Of a DNA stretch of 64,000 nt, positions 1 to 12,925 are shown piece after piece; the first letter of the stretch is position 1; each line of letters begins with the position of its first letter. The notes below the pieces were generated by a model. The model was not told the DNA's origin and ran no database searches. It saw only the letters and a list, made by a program, of their open reading frames with translations. A program made the translations under genes and the position numbers. This DNA is from Camelus ferus (taxonomy: Eukaryota): the NCBI RefSeq assembly GCF_009834535.1, contig NC_045696.1, positions 106,022,001 to 106,086,000 of the forward strand, written 5' to 3'.

Positions 1-294
1 TTTACAGATAATAAAAGCATCAGAAGGGCATGCCTACACAAAAGATAAATCCGTAAAATACTATTTCAAAATGAGCTAAAAGAAATTTTTAAAAATCATA
101 CACAATATGAAAAAATAACATAAATAAGGATTAGAAAAACTCTGAGAAATGAATAGAACTCACTTAAGAATTAAAAATAAAAATAATTTCAGACATAACT
201 AAACTAAAAGGAACACAAAACAAACATAATTCCTTAATAGAAACACAAAGTGAAGAGGAGGAAAATTTAAAAAATCAAACAGAAATAAAGAGAA

Positions 295-1590
295 CAAGAT
301 AAGCCACAGACTGGGAGAAAATATTTGCAAAAACACTACCTGATAAAGAACTTATATCTAAATATCTTTGTTATGTTTTTAGAATTAATGATTGACAAAA
401 GTATTTAACCGTCAACCTACACATAGTGTTTAAAGTATAACTGAAGCCAAAATGGTTGAAAAAAATCTTTTTTTACCATATGTGAAATGAATCCTACAAC
501 GCATTAAAGATTGTTCCAGATTTTTTTAAAAAAACCTTGAATCTAAAATATACCAAGAACACTGAAAACTCAACAATAAGAAAACGAGCCACTCAGTTAG
601 AAAATGGGCAAAAGATCTACACAAACAGCTCAGCAAAGAAGATACACAGATGACAAGTAAGCATATGAAAAGATGCTCAGCACCACACATTATTAGAGAA
701 CTGCAAACTAAAGTGAGATCTCATTACACACCTATTAGAATGGCCAAACTCCCAAACACTGGCAACACTGCTGGCAAGGATGTGAAGCAATGGGAACTCT
801 CACTCATTGCTGAGGGGAATGCAAAATGGTGCAGCCGCTTTGTAAGACAGACTGGTAGCTACTTACAAAACTAAATGTACTCTTACTATACTTCCTGTAC
901 TCAAGCTCCTAAGTTATTTACCCAACTGATTTAAAAATTTATGTCCACATAAAAACCTGCACAAAGACATTTACATAGCAGATTTATTCATGATAGCCAA
1001 AAATTAGAAGCAAGCAAGCTGTCCTTCAGCAGGTGAATGGATAGGCAAACTGTGGTGCAACCAGACAGCGGAATATTCAGCACTAAGAAGCAATTACCTA
1101 CCAAGCCATGAGAGGATACAGAGGAACTTTAAGTGCATACTGCTAAGTAAAAGAAGCTCGTATAAAAAACTATGTCCTGTATGATTCCAACTATGTCATA
1201 TTCTGGAAAAGGCAAACTACAGAGACAGTAAAAAGCTTGCTATTGCCAGGGGTTGGGAGGAGAAGGAAGAGAGAGAGGAACAGAGAAGAACGCGGGATTT
1301 TTAGGGCAGTGAAACTATTCTGTATGATGCTGCAATGGCGGAATATGCTATTACACATTTGGCAGAACCCACAGAACCGTATAATGCAAAAGTGAACCCT
1401 AATGTAAACTATGGACTTTAGTGAATAATAATGTATCAACATTGGTTTGCCAATTGTAATGAGTGGACCACACCAACGCAAGATGCTAAGAATCGGGAGA
1501 ACTGAGGGGGGCAGTAGAGGGAGCATATGGGAACTCTGCTTTCCTTTAAACTTAAAACTGCTCTAGAAAATAAATCTATTAATTTAAAGA
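295..1590 (+). mobile_element. Old L1 3' end (end of ORF2 plus 3'UTR, L1MB/MC-like), nested in older L1 ORF1-like remnants (1-290 and 1680-2200)
   Basis: ORF 650-874 (KHMKRCS...HYTPIRMAK) is the L1 ORF2 C-terminus; typical 3'UTR ending in aataaa and an A/purine-rich tail. Confidence 0.85.
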
Positions 1591-2299
1591 AAGAGAGAGA
1601 GGAAAAGAGAGAGAAAGGAAGGCAGGCAGCCGCATAGGCAGAAAGGAAGAAAGGAAAGAAAGAGAGAGAAGTTGTTAAAAAGGATGTGCGAGAAACTGAC
1701 ATATTTAGAAGACAGACCAAAAGATCCAACATATATGTACCCACGAGGAGGAAAACCAAGGCAAAGGAACAGAAAAGATTCTTAACTATAATTCAAGAAA
1801 ATTTTAAAAGACATTTGATTCTACACATTGAAAAGATTCACCAAGGACCTGAAAAAACTGACCACGAATGATCATTACCCTGACATAGTCTAGTAAAATT
1901 ACAGGCAAAACAACAAGGCACTTTTTTAAGAGAAAGAAAATCAGATTGTCATCAGACTTTTTGACAGTAATACTTCAGGCCAGAAGAAAGTGGAGTAATG
2001 TATCTGAGATTCTCTAGGAGAGAAAATGTGAGCCAAGAATACTGTGTCCAGCCACACTGACCTTCAAATAACAAAGACACAGACAAATGTCACTGACAGG
2101 CAAGAATTCAAGAAATACTGTTCCCATGAGTCCTTCCTAAGGAATGTAATAGAAAACAAGTTTCAGACAAGTAAAATGACCAAAGAGAAGGAGCGATATA
2201 ATGACTTAAAAGCAATATATAAATATTTATCCATAGAACTAAGCATGGGTTGGAAGGGACAGAGCATAGTATATAATGGCTATATGTTCTGATAATATG

Positions 2300-3480
2300 G
2301 ATACAGTACAGCTGGAAAATGATATGCAGAAAGTTGTTTTAAATTTTGGGCGGTAATCGTATTAATGGTGGTAGTATCTGTGCTGCTAACTGAGACTATT
2401 TTGTGTGTAATGTGGCACAGACCAGATGAGTAATTACATCATACTCTAGCTGCATCATCCTCTGTGTCCCTGAGAATGATTCTCAGTGTGGAAGAAAGAA
2501 CATACAGATGTTGGATGAGGTTAAGAAAAGACCCGGTTTTCCTAAATTTGAATTAGAAGTATCAGTACGGATGGATAAGCTGTTTTATCATCTAAAAAAA
2601 ATCTCTCCCTCCCTCCCTCTGTCTACCTATTGTATACAACTTCCTTGACCCATCCACTGAAAACTTAAAAATAATGAATGTGTATTTTTATATATGCCCA
2701 GATTATGCTTTTTAAATACCATCTTCCTCCAATGAAAACCAGGGCTTCCTGGAGAAATCAGTGATTCCACGTCTGCGTAGAAAATGTTCAGAATGAACCT
2801 AGAACATCTTGTCATACCAGAGAGCAAGGAAGTGATCAAAGTCTACCAAGAATGTGTCAAGAGGACACAGGAGCCGGTCTGAGAGCACCACACTGGCCGA
2901 AAAGGATAATAACTGCAATGTATTGAAACACATCGAACTGTTTAAATCTATGAGTTAGTAATGATTTTAAAAATACCCTTAAATGATCACCTTTAAAAGA
3001 AGAGAATAAGGAGACAACTCAATATTCTGAAAACCGGCAAATAAAGGGAAAACAAGCTGTTATCCTGCATTTCTTCTACAACATGTACCTCTTTGTAACC
3101 AAATAGTAGACGACAGGAAGTTTCTCATTACAGAAGTGTTCCAGCTAATGGACAAGGAATGATGGAATCAGAATACAACCATTTGGCAACCGCCAACGAA
3201 CTAATGGATGTAGACACTAGGTATTAGTGGTTGCCAACATCAAAAAAGACAAATAAACACCATGTGCCTCTTGATACAACAAACTATAAAGTGGTCTTGT
3301 CTGAAAAAAAAACAAAAACAAAAAAACCCTAAATTTGACCAATTCTTCAGAGTCAACTACCAATTTACAGGAAATATTAAAGTCAGAAAAACATAGGAAT
3401 GCAATCAATTAAATCCAGACCTTAGGAAACTCTTCAAAACAAATTGACCCAGTTTCCTAAATAAATAAACTATACAGGAG
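2300..3480 (+). mobile_element. Ancient L1 (L1MC/ME-like) 3'UTR remnant
   Basis: Characteristic text such as gaacctagaacatcttgtcataccagagagcaaggaag. Confidence 0.65.
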
Positions 3481-4162
3481 TTTTTGGTTTCTTTTTTTTT
3501 TTTTCAACTATGTGCATTTATTACTTGATAAACATAGTTCACTCTTAAAAAAAAAAAATAAAGGTATTTGCTAGCATGCAGCTAGACTGTAGACTCGAAA
3601 TACTAGGAGTAACCAGAGGAGAGAAAAGGTAGTTACTGGTAAATATTTGTCTTGCAAATTTTGTAGGCCCAAGAGAAACTGAGAACACAGACAGTAATCT
3701 GTAACAACAAAACTTGAACAGAACAGCTTACTTTTTTTCTTCTGATCTACTTTATCTGGACTTTGACCTTGACGATTTTGATCTGCAGCAGATCAAACTT
3801 ATTGCCACCTAGAGAAAAATCCCTTTCCTACTGATGAATCTTAAATTTCCAACTGCTTTTAAATATATTTTTAAAGAGAAATATCAAACAGAAACAAATG
3901 TCTACATCAATATTTCTTTTTTTAAACCCAAGTTTATAATCCTCAAATCCATCACTATCAAATCTGGCTCTCATATAATTTACTTATAAATCAGTCGATG
4001 CAATGAATACTTTATTCCCACAGGACACATTAGAAATACACCTGCACTTGTACTCTCTCCTATTGAAAGCCCTCATAAAGAGTCTGGACAGTTATTTAGA
4101 GGAACTAATTAAATGGCCACCATAAAAGGCCAATAAATTCTGAAGAAATGGCACTCACTTAC

Positions 4163-4391
4163 CCAACACAACTCTAAAGTCCTCACCATCCAAATGTAAT
4201 ACCCAAGTATTGGTGGTTTTTGATCTGTTCTCCATATACTTCTTGAGACTTTTCCCATTAATTTCCAGAGTATATTCATAAGCAAAACCACTGATAGCAT
4301 CTATATTTATAGTTGCCTTTGTCTTTGCAGCTCCAACACAGAAGGTTTCTTTGCCCACTAACTTGAACATCCATTCTTTTCTTATCTCTTC
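4163..4391 (-). CDS. FAIM: FAIM coding exon (EEIRKEWMFKLVGKETFCVGAAKTKATINIDAISGFAYEYTLEINGKSLKKYMENRSKTTNTWVLHLDGEDFRVVL)
   Basis: Translation matches the recalled FAIM core. Acceptor ttag (4393-4392) and donor gtaagt (4162). 229 nt, phase 0 to 1. Downstream exons not found in the window. Confidence 0.97.
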
Positions 4392-4747
4392 CTAAGTAAT
4401 AAAATATAAAAGTTGAAAACACACAAATGGAAAAAAATTTAATATTTAACTTTAGCATAATGTAATTAAAGGAAACAAATGGCAATGCTATTTAAATGTA
4501 ATTTTATTAATTCATGATGCAAAGGTTTTAGAAAATAAAGGCATCTTAAGTTTAAATATTGGATGCTATAGTCTATGAATTCTGTAACTATTATTAGTTT
4601 GCTTTGTGCAGCAAAATGATACAGACCAAAATATAAAGATAACCACTTTAAAGGAAAAGCCTTGAATTCACACATGAAGAATCTAGATTAGCAAAAATCA
4701 AGCTTCTCTGAACACCATATTTTACAAAGTAACATTTTTTTTCTTAC

Positions 4748-4880
4748 CTTCCCATCTACATATACCACTCGTTTCCCTGATGTGGTCCCATGTTCAAATT
4801 CAATCTTATGGACTCCATCACTTAAAGCAACATCCCAAACAGCTACAAGATCTGTCATTTTTTCCAGGCTGTAAGGAGGG
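4748..4880 (-). CDS. FAIM: FAIM coding exon (S)PPYSLEK-MTDLVAVWDVALSDGVHKIEFEHGTTSGKRVVYVDGK; the FAIM-S start ATG is at 4858-4856
   Basis: Acceptor cccttag and donor gtaag. 133 nt, in phase with both neighbouring exons. Peptide matches the recalled FAIM N-terminus. Confidence 0.97.
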
Positions 4881-5699
4881 CTAAGGGAATAAAATTAAGC
4901 AATTACAATAGGCCAAAACAGTAATAGAATAACCAATTAATCCTTAAAAGATGAAAATATCAGATTTTTAAAAGCCCTAAAATTACAAAATATTAAAGTG
5001 ATATTACCTAAGAAAGCCTACTTACAGTACATGTAACTATCTTCTCCCTCTTACACATTCTTCTTTTAAGATGAAATTGCTATATATGGGTGTACAGTCG
5101 GATAATTCCAAAGTCACCTTAATATTAATAGGATTAAGAATCAATCAGTTTATCCACGATAGTATTCTAAGCTAGGCCAGAGAATAATGCTTGGAACGGT
5201 CAGTATAAAGTTTCTACTTGTCCCTCCCATCATTTAAAAAACACAGTATTTAATTTTGGTTTTTCTTTTTCAGATCCAATCACAGAATTCTCAAAATCTT
5301 TCATACTTAAACCAGTAACTAACAAGTAACTAGAGATTAATTTTAACAGAAAAGGTTCTAACTTATAAATACTAAGACTGAGAAAAAGAGAAGTCACGGA
5401 AGAAATGTCCTATGATAGAGATAAAGATGTTAGTAACATAGTAAGAAGGAGGAGGAAGACAGTACTCTCATCATTATTTCGGGAACTCTTATTAAAAATA
5501 AAAAGGATTCTGTTTTATCAAGTTTCTGGCACAATTAAAACACATATTTTTATATTAACATTTTAATATAAAATACATAATGCGTGTCCTATGTGTGTCC
5601 TATGTGAATAACCTATTATCTATAATGCATATATAAGTAATATTTTGTTATTGATACAGATTTTTAGCTTTGAGAGATGTAACATTTATTACACAATAA

Positions 5700-5940
5700 T
5701 GATCACAGTTAACAGTCATTCAATCCTTACTGTGTGCCAGTCACTGTTCTAAGAGCTTTACACTTATTAACTCAAAGAATCCTCACCATGAGATGGGTAC
5801 TATTATTATCTCTCTTTATAGATGAGGAAACTCAGGCTAAGAGAGGCTAAGGGCTTGTCTCATGTCACAATGACAGTAAGTGGCAGATGGGACTTAAACT
5901 TAGGACTCTAGCTCCAGAGTCTGTTCTTTCTCAAGTACAT
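5700..5940. mobile_element. MIR SINE
   Basis: MIR core (tttatagatgaggaaactcaggct...). Confidence 0.8.
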
Positions 5941-6255
5941 CCCCTATGCTCTAAATCAAAGATGGTAAACGTATTTTACATCATTTTGAAGTGCCTGCCA
6001 AGAACTTCGTGCCGAGAGGGATTTGGAGACCTTACATCCAGGTCCTATGGGAAAGGATGCCACATTAGTGGCCGCCACCTCCATGCCAGGTGTTTATCGA
6101 CCTTGCTAGAAATCACAGAAAAGCAAAACTATGCGTTCTACAATATTACAAAATGTGTCCTTAAAAAAGTATCCTGGATAAACAACTCTTCTGAATGACT
6201 GAAACCATCTTGAAAGTTTCATAAGCTAGTTTTATTGCAATTGCAAGTCATTTAC

Positions 6256-6299
6256 CTTTCGTCATCTTCAAAGATAGGACTGTCATCTCCAGATGCCAT
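6256..6299 (-). CDS. FAIM: FAIM-L specific exon (whole exon 6256-6314), coding MASGDDSPIFEDDE(S)
   Basis: ATG at 6299-6297 in ccaaccATGG context. Donor AG|gtaaat, acceptor taaag at 6316-6315. Phase 2 joins 4880 to give ...DDES-PPYSLEKM, the known FAIM-L extension. Confidence 0.93.
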
Positions 6300-7894
6300 G
6301 GTTGGCAAAACAGTCTTTAATCCAATTAGCAGGCAGGAAAGGAAAAAGCAGAACTGCAGCAAAGCAAGATTGAGAGCAACAAAGATGACATCCAAAAAGA
6401 GTTTTTTCTAACTTTGCAATCCATTTCTAAAATTGCATGTAGTTTCTGGTGAAACAGCTTTTACATACAATAGAATTGCAATCTCTAATTTTCAGGGAAA
6501 GAAGTTAAATCATGCAAATTAGCAAGTCATATTTTTTCCTATTATGGATTTGTAATTTCCTATAACTAGAGAGTAAACTCTAGTTTATTTCAAGAATCAT
6601 ACCACATTAGAACTACAAGAGACCTAGAGGTCCTCTGGGTCCCACGCTTCTCAAATTGAGGCACAAGAAGCCTCAAGGGTATGAGGCAGTAGGTCAGGGA
6701 ATACACAAAACTCCAGGATAAACAGAATGTGCCTTCTGGAAGCATCAATATTACAGGGTAGTTAACAGATATAAAACGCAATCTTCATACTAAATTTTAG
6801 AAGGCTTTATTATGGTATAATATATAGTTTCAAAAATTTTGAAGATAATGCAAAGAAATGTTGAGCTTGCAGCAAGCAGCCAGGGATACGCTACTTTGCT
6901 TTCTAAGAGCAAACTTAATGTGCCCACTTACTCAATCCCACTTAATTTACTAGTGCCAATAATGAATCCACAGAAGTTACGTGGTTTGCTCAGGTCACCA
7001 GAAGGGCCCAAGTCAAAACTAGAATCCAGAACTCCTGTATAATTAACTAAACAGTATCTGGGCTGTACCGCTAATTAAGTTTTACTAAAATCAGAAGCAC
7101 ACAAAATACTCTCATGCATAGGAAACCCTCCACATTTGAAGATTTGGAATTAACAGTTAAACCTATTGAAAAATAAGTTCAACTATTTTTTTGTTCCCAA
7201 GATCTACTCTAGTCTGGCCTTCTCCATATGGATGTCCAAGGGTGCTCTCTCCTTGTAAAAAATGAGAGATTGTCAATCTTTTTTGGCTGGAAACAGCCAG
7301 AAGCCACCAACTGTTTTTAAAGATACTAAAGAGCTAAGCACCCATACAAGCAATCCAACAGGCAAATAAAAGCTAAGAATTTTAGAATGAAAATCAGGTA
7401 AAGACTGAAAACACTTTGTACCTAAAATAAATGCCTCTTCTTTTTATTAGCACCTTACATATTTGTGGATCTTAATTGTCTTAAAAGTATCTCCTAGGAT
7501 ATCTCCTATGAAAGTGGAGGGTATCCTGCTATAAAAGCAAAGAGAATACACAGCAACAGAGTAAGCCAAATAGCATAATATAAACTTGGATAAGCATCCT
7601 TTGCAAATCAGAGTGGACTTTGGGATATCATTCCAGTTTTGCTCTACAGCTTTAAGAGCCTCTAGAAAGTTTAGTACTTTAGCATTCAAACCTGAAAGAA
7701 TTGCCCAGCTTTCCATTATAAGGAACTTCAAATATGATCACACTAGGATAAGGCATGGTACCATCTTCATTATAATAATTGTTCAAAAGACAACACAACA
7801 AATTAGAAGGGAGGTTAGAAACAAAAAATCACATAAACATTTTTTTCCTCTCAACTGTCAACATTCAATCATACATTCGACATTTATTTATGGA

Positions 7895-8145
7895 GTATTA
7901 GTTCAAGGTGTTGAAAAAGTTTTGGAAATAGATAGTGGTGATGGTTGTACAACATCATGAATGTACTTAATGCTACTGAATGGTACATTTAAAAGTGGCA
8001 AATTTTATGTCAAATATATTTTACCAAAACTTAAAAAAATTAATACCGTAATATATTTTTTAAAACCCCATTGAATTGTATCTTTTAGATGGGTGAATTG
8101 TATGGTATGTGAACTATACTTCAACAAAGTTGTTTTAAAAAAAAG
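7895..8145 (+). mobile_element. Two tandem short L1 3'-terminal fragments
   Basis: gatagtggtgatggttgtacaaca...aaaaaa followed by gggtgaattgtatggtatgtgaacta...aaaaaa. Confidence 0.7.
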
Positions 8146-8319
8146 TCCCAGGTGCTCTGCTGGTAGTGTTTCTTGGAATATGATTGCACCTATAACCAAG
8201 AGCTGATCACAGCTGTCTTTGTCCTTGATTTCTACCTTAACTCATTTGAATAATGAGAAATATCTGTCACATACAGATCTCTAAGTTACAAAACTGGACT
8301 TAAACACTTATCATATTCT

Positions 8320-8525
8320 AAATTCACCCACCAGTCACTTATATGCCAGGCACTGAGCTGGGTGGGCCCTAAGTGCAGAGTGAGGGACTCTGGAGAAACC
8401 AAAAGATGATTACAGCACAGCTCTGGGATTGTCCTTGGAAAGAAAACCAGTAAAGAATAAAACAGGCCCACAGAGAAAGGATCCTAGCCCAGTCAAATGG
8501 GTGGGAAGGCCAGGGAAGGCTTTGC
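8320..8525. mobile_element. L2 remnant
   Basis: L2-like text (tatgccaggcactgagct...cagggaaggcttt). Confidence 0.55.
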
Positions 8526-9339
8526 TATAAAACTTGGGAGAAAAGAATTAATCCACTGTCATTTTTAAAGTCTTATACGTACATATCATTATCAGGATCC
8601 TGTAACCAAACTGGAAAATGATTATTACAAAGAAAAAAATCCCCTCTAGTTCAGCACAAAGCTTTAAAAATGTAAATAAAAAGGATGGAAAAACAAATTC
8701 CATTTATTTTCACTGATAAGGGCAATGTCACTCACTTGAAACTACATACCTTCACAAGAAAGCTTTATGAGTATCTAGCGACATACCCATCAGAGTAATC
8801 TTTTAAAATCCCTTTCCTAGCAATCCAACACCCATGTTTCAGAGTATGACTTAAACAGTGAAACATTTTTCCTGTTCATCCAATCCCAGTTTGAATTTTG
8901 CCTTAACTTAGGTTTAAACGTATTGGGGACTGTGATGGTTTATCCAAGCTAAACTTAAGTCAGTCTTAAAAATTAAGGTACTCATAGTTCCCTTTTCAGC
9001 AAAAGCTCTAGGTAAGGCCAGCCACAAGGCAGGTCACTCTTCAACAGAGGTGTTGACAGTGGGACCTCTAGCAAAGTCTCTCAGGAAGCTCTTTGAGCTA
9101 GGTATTCCCAAATGCGAGGCACAAAAACGAGAATAACTTTTCTGGGGAGCATTTTGCAACATACACTGCAAGCCTTACGAGGGATTATCTCTAAACAAAT
9201 AGTCGTGCTCAAAAAACCAGGCGGAACAGTGCTCAATGACTTGAATTTTATAATAGCTAAGATCTGAAAACCACCTGTCTGTTCACCATCAGGGAGATAA
9301 TCCATTAAGTAAATCACAGTCCTGTCACTCAGCAAACCG

Positions 9340-10350
9340 AACGTCAAGCCCGGGCCAGGCGCGGTCGATCTGGCACACACCGACGCAGTCTAGAGCGGCC
9401 AATAAAAAGGATGTAGGAAAACACTGAGAGCCGCGGGCAGACGCGTGGGATGTATTAGTAAGACAAAGAAGCCAAGTCACGGCGCTTCATGATCCAGGTT
9501 CTGCAAAAATAGTCTGCTCAGGCTACCAGGGAAAAAGGGACTGTAAGGAAATACACCTTAAGGTTAGCCCAGGTGTCTCTGGGGAGCGGGGGTTCCGCTC
9601 CTGCGCTTCCTTCCTTGTGCTTTGCGGTTCCACTTTTCCGACGGCGACAAGGATGAATTTATAGTCGGGGGTGAGGCCGGAGCCGTGGCCGGAGGGCCTG
9701 GCGGGGCGGGGGCGCCCTGCCGCCTGCCCAGGTCCCCGACCCCCCGCCTCCCCGCTGCCAGGCAGCCAGGAGCCACCCGGGCCCCCCACCCTCCGCGCGG
9801 GCCCGGGCCTCACCGCGGGGCTGCACCGCCGCGGAGACACCGCCCACCGCCCGGCGCGCCGCCCGCCCGCCTCCGCCGCCCGGAGATGGCGGCCGCCCGC
9901 GCCGCAGTGGGGGCGCCCGGGGCTGCGCGCAGGGGCTTCCGGCCGGCCGGGCTGCCCACCTGGGCCGTGCGGCTCACCTGCGCGCCGTGGGCCGCGGGTG
10001 GCTCTGGGCCCCGCGTCGGGTGGGTTCCGCCGACTTGGCCGCCTGAGGCCGCGTGGCCTCGTCCCTTCGCCGAGAGTCAGGCGCAGCCTCCGCGGAAGCG
10101 AGAGCTCGGCCGGCGCGAGTCCCGAGCGCGCCGACTCTTTGTCGCGCTTCAGGTCCCCGGAGGCGCCTCGCGCAGCGCAAGCCACCCAACCCCCGCCCGC
10201 TGCCCCCGCGGCCGGCTCTGCGCTCTCTGCGGAGGCCCTTCCTCACCCCTCCCGGGAGCCGTAGGTAAGAACCAGCTGAGAGGCGTCTCTGGCCTGACGC
10301 TGGGGGAGAATCAGGTGGGCAAAACCAGACCCTGTCTGCTCTGAAGCCGT
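9340..10350. promoter_or_regulatory. CpG island / FAIM promoter
   Basis: Very high GC and CpG density against an AT-rich background; GC boxes (ggggcggg near 9703, ccccgccc near 10191). Confidence 0.9.
9978..10200 (-). other. FAIM: Probable FAIM non-coding exon 1 (5' boundary approximate)
   Basis: Strong minus-strand donor CAG|gtgagc at 9978/9977 inside the CpG island upstream of the coding exons. Confidence 0.65.
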
Positions 10351-10689
10351 GGTGTAAGGAAATCGGATTGGGGGCGTTCCCTCCTTGAAACTAGGTAGAC
10401 GCTTCTTTAGTTTAAAGACCAAAACTCCTTTGGGTGGGCGTGAGGCCCCTTTCTGATGTTGCTCCTGTCTCCCCTGACTTCATTTAGATTCTCAAATGAC
10501 GCAAGGTCTTTCTCACCCCAGGGTCTCTGCAGATGATCTTCCCTCTGCCTGGAACCTCCTTCCTGCCTCTTCCCTTAGTTAACTTCCACTGTTGAGATTG
10601 TTCTTCAAATATCATTTCTTAAGGAAAATTTCCCGGGCCCGAAGACTTGCAGCACCTGGAATTCTGTCTCACTTCCTTTCAGGTGTGCA

Positions 10690-11260
10690 AGTGATACAGG
10701 AAAATAAATGAGGCGTGAGAGGATGGCCATGTCCCAGGTCTCAGTTGAGTCCCTGGGATGCACCCAGCAAAGTGAGGGTCCTTGACTTCAGTGCAGGGAA
10801 GAATTCAAGAGGGAGCCATAGATGAGTAAAAGTAGATTTATTTAGAAAGATGTACGCTCCGCAAACAAGAGCGCAGGCCATCTTAGAAGGTAACAGAAAG
10901 GACAAGAGGTGTAAGGTTGGGTGTTTCGTTTAAAGTAAAAGTAGATACATGCTCCATTGATAGTGTGTGGGTTGCCTTGGAAGGTAAGGGAGCAAGAAAC
11001 GCCGAGAAGCGTAGTATTGCTAGTTTTGTATTCTAACAACTAAGAGGTTTATTCCAGCTACTTTGGGGAAGGGGTGGGGATTCCCAGGAACTGGACCACC
11101 ACCCTCTCTGTAACCTTTCATGGTCAGTCTTCGAACCATCATGGCGCCTGTGGGTGTGTCATTCACCATGTTAATACATTATAATGAGCATATAATGAAG
11201 CTCAAGGTCTACTGGAGGTCAAATCTCCCGTCTTCTTGGGCCTCAAGGTCTACTGAGAGT
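10690..11260 (-). mobile_element. ERV LTR remnant (ERV1-like)
   Basis: ggaagaattcaagagggagcc...tttatttag, then catggcgcctgtgggtgtgtc; typical of an antisense ERV1 LTR. Confidence 0.65.
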
Positions 11261-11720
11261 TGGCTTGCTCTGTGCCACTGTTTCCTCTTTGGGTATTGTT
11301 TCTGGGATACCTGGAATTAAGAAACATACCACTTTCGGCTGTATTTTCTACCTGCACATTCCCTGGGCCCAGGACACTAGAGGTAAGAGTAGTCACTTGT
11401 TATCAAACAGGATTGCTATGGAAAGAAGTCAGGTCTGAACAAAACACTGTGAAAGGTACTGAACTTGGGTACAAAACTTACTTACCTGAGCTGATCCTGC
11501 TTTTGAGCTTACTTCCACTCTCATGTTTCCTTGTTTCCCAGGAAGTACTTGGATGCTGTTCCAACCTCTTAAGCTGCCTCTCACCAACATGCCCATAGAC
11601 ATCAGTGATTTATTTTAAGATAGCCGCTCAAAATGCTTTCATTCACAATAGTACATGTTTTCATTGGGCTTCCTTTAGAAAAGAGGGCTTTTAACAGATT
11701 GACTGATTTTTCTGAACTTC

Positions 11721-11857
11721 TTTTTTTTATTTTTTAATTTAATTTGGGGGGGGCAATTAGGTTCACTTATTTATTTTCAGAGGAGGTTCTGGGGATTGAA
11801 CCCAGGACCTCGTGCATGCTAGGGCATGTGCTCTACCACTTGTGCTATATCTTCCCC
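11721..11857 (-). mobile_element. tRNA-derived SINE (camelid Vic-1-like)
   Basis: Reverse-complement head with A box (tagc.caagtgg) and B box (ggttcaatcc); T-rich tail; flanking direct repeat ctgaactt. Confidence 0.88.
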
Positions 11858-12925
11858 TGCTGAACTTATTAAACAGCATGAATGGAGAGCAAAATAAAAG
11901 GGAAAAGTTACATAATCTGAAACCTACCAGTTTAAAACTTTCCATGTGCCCTTCCAGTACTGGTCCAGCATGACTGTTGGCTCTGTGTTAAAGGAAGAGG
12001 CACGAGTGCTTTACAGACGAGCCCAGGATCCAGGATTCCGGCTTCAGAGGATCATGTGTCCAAACGAGTGCCAGTAACCACAGTCTCCTGCTGCCTGCCA
12101 GGCTGCTGCTGCTTGGGCCTGTCTCCTTCAGCACAAGGAGGCTCTGGCTCTGTCTACACAAACACAGAAAGTGGAGGAGCAGCAAACCGAGGTGATTTTG
12201 TAGAACTTCAAACCAGAAAAGTTTGACAATTTCAGGAGAAAATAGGTTTTGGTCTGTCATCTGGAGAGTGGGGTTTGTAGACACACCCTTAGAGGAAAGA
12301 ACCAAAGGAAGGTGCTTTTTAAGTGCCTAAGGAACATTCTAAGGTACCTGTTCCAATTGGTTAAGAGTTTAAGAATTTGTATCTAGTTTCTTTTGAGAAA
12401 TTTAAAAAATACGGAAAAGTACAGAAAATAATACCCCTATTCCCGCCACTCAGAACTGACCATTATTAAATATTGGCACAATAAAAAAATCCCGGTAGAA
12501 GAAAACATGGCAGCTAAAGCCCCATTTGACTTTCAACCCCAGCACCATTACTCTCTTCTCCTCCCCAAAGGCCAGCATCCTCATGAATTTTGTGTGTTTG
12601 CATCCAAGTCCACCTTCTATAGTTATATAGAAATTATATACATGGGTACATATTCTTGGGAATGATACAGTTCTGCTTTTAAAAATGATTTAAATGACCA
12701 TAAGAGGCAACTGAGAATTTGTTTGAGGGTAAGACAGGATTCTAGGAAGTTCATCCTCTGTAATTCATATCACCATCATCATTACCTTTGTTTAGCATTT
12801 ATTGACAGTCTGTTATGTGGCAGGCACTGCCAGGGAATATAACAGTGAGAAGCAGTGATAGTTTCTCCCCTACTCAGGAAGTTTACATTCTCGCTAAGAA
12901 GGCAGTCACAAAAATGAGCATATAG

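Noticed and set aside
9523..10344. Long overlapping ORFs (220, 240 and 197 aa) on both strands
   Set aside because: Low-complexity Pro/Arg/Gly/Ala translations expected from a stop-poor CpG island; no recognisable protein
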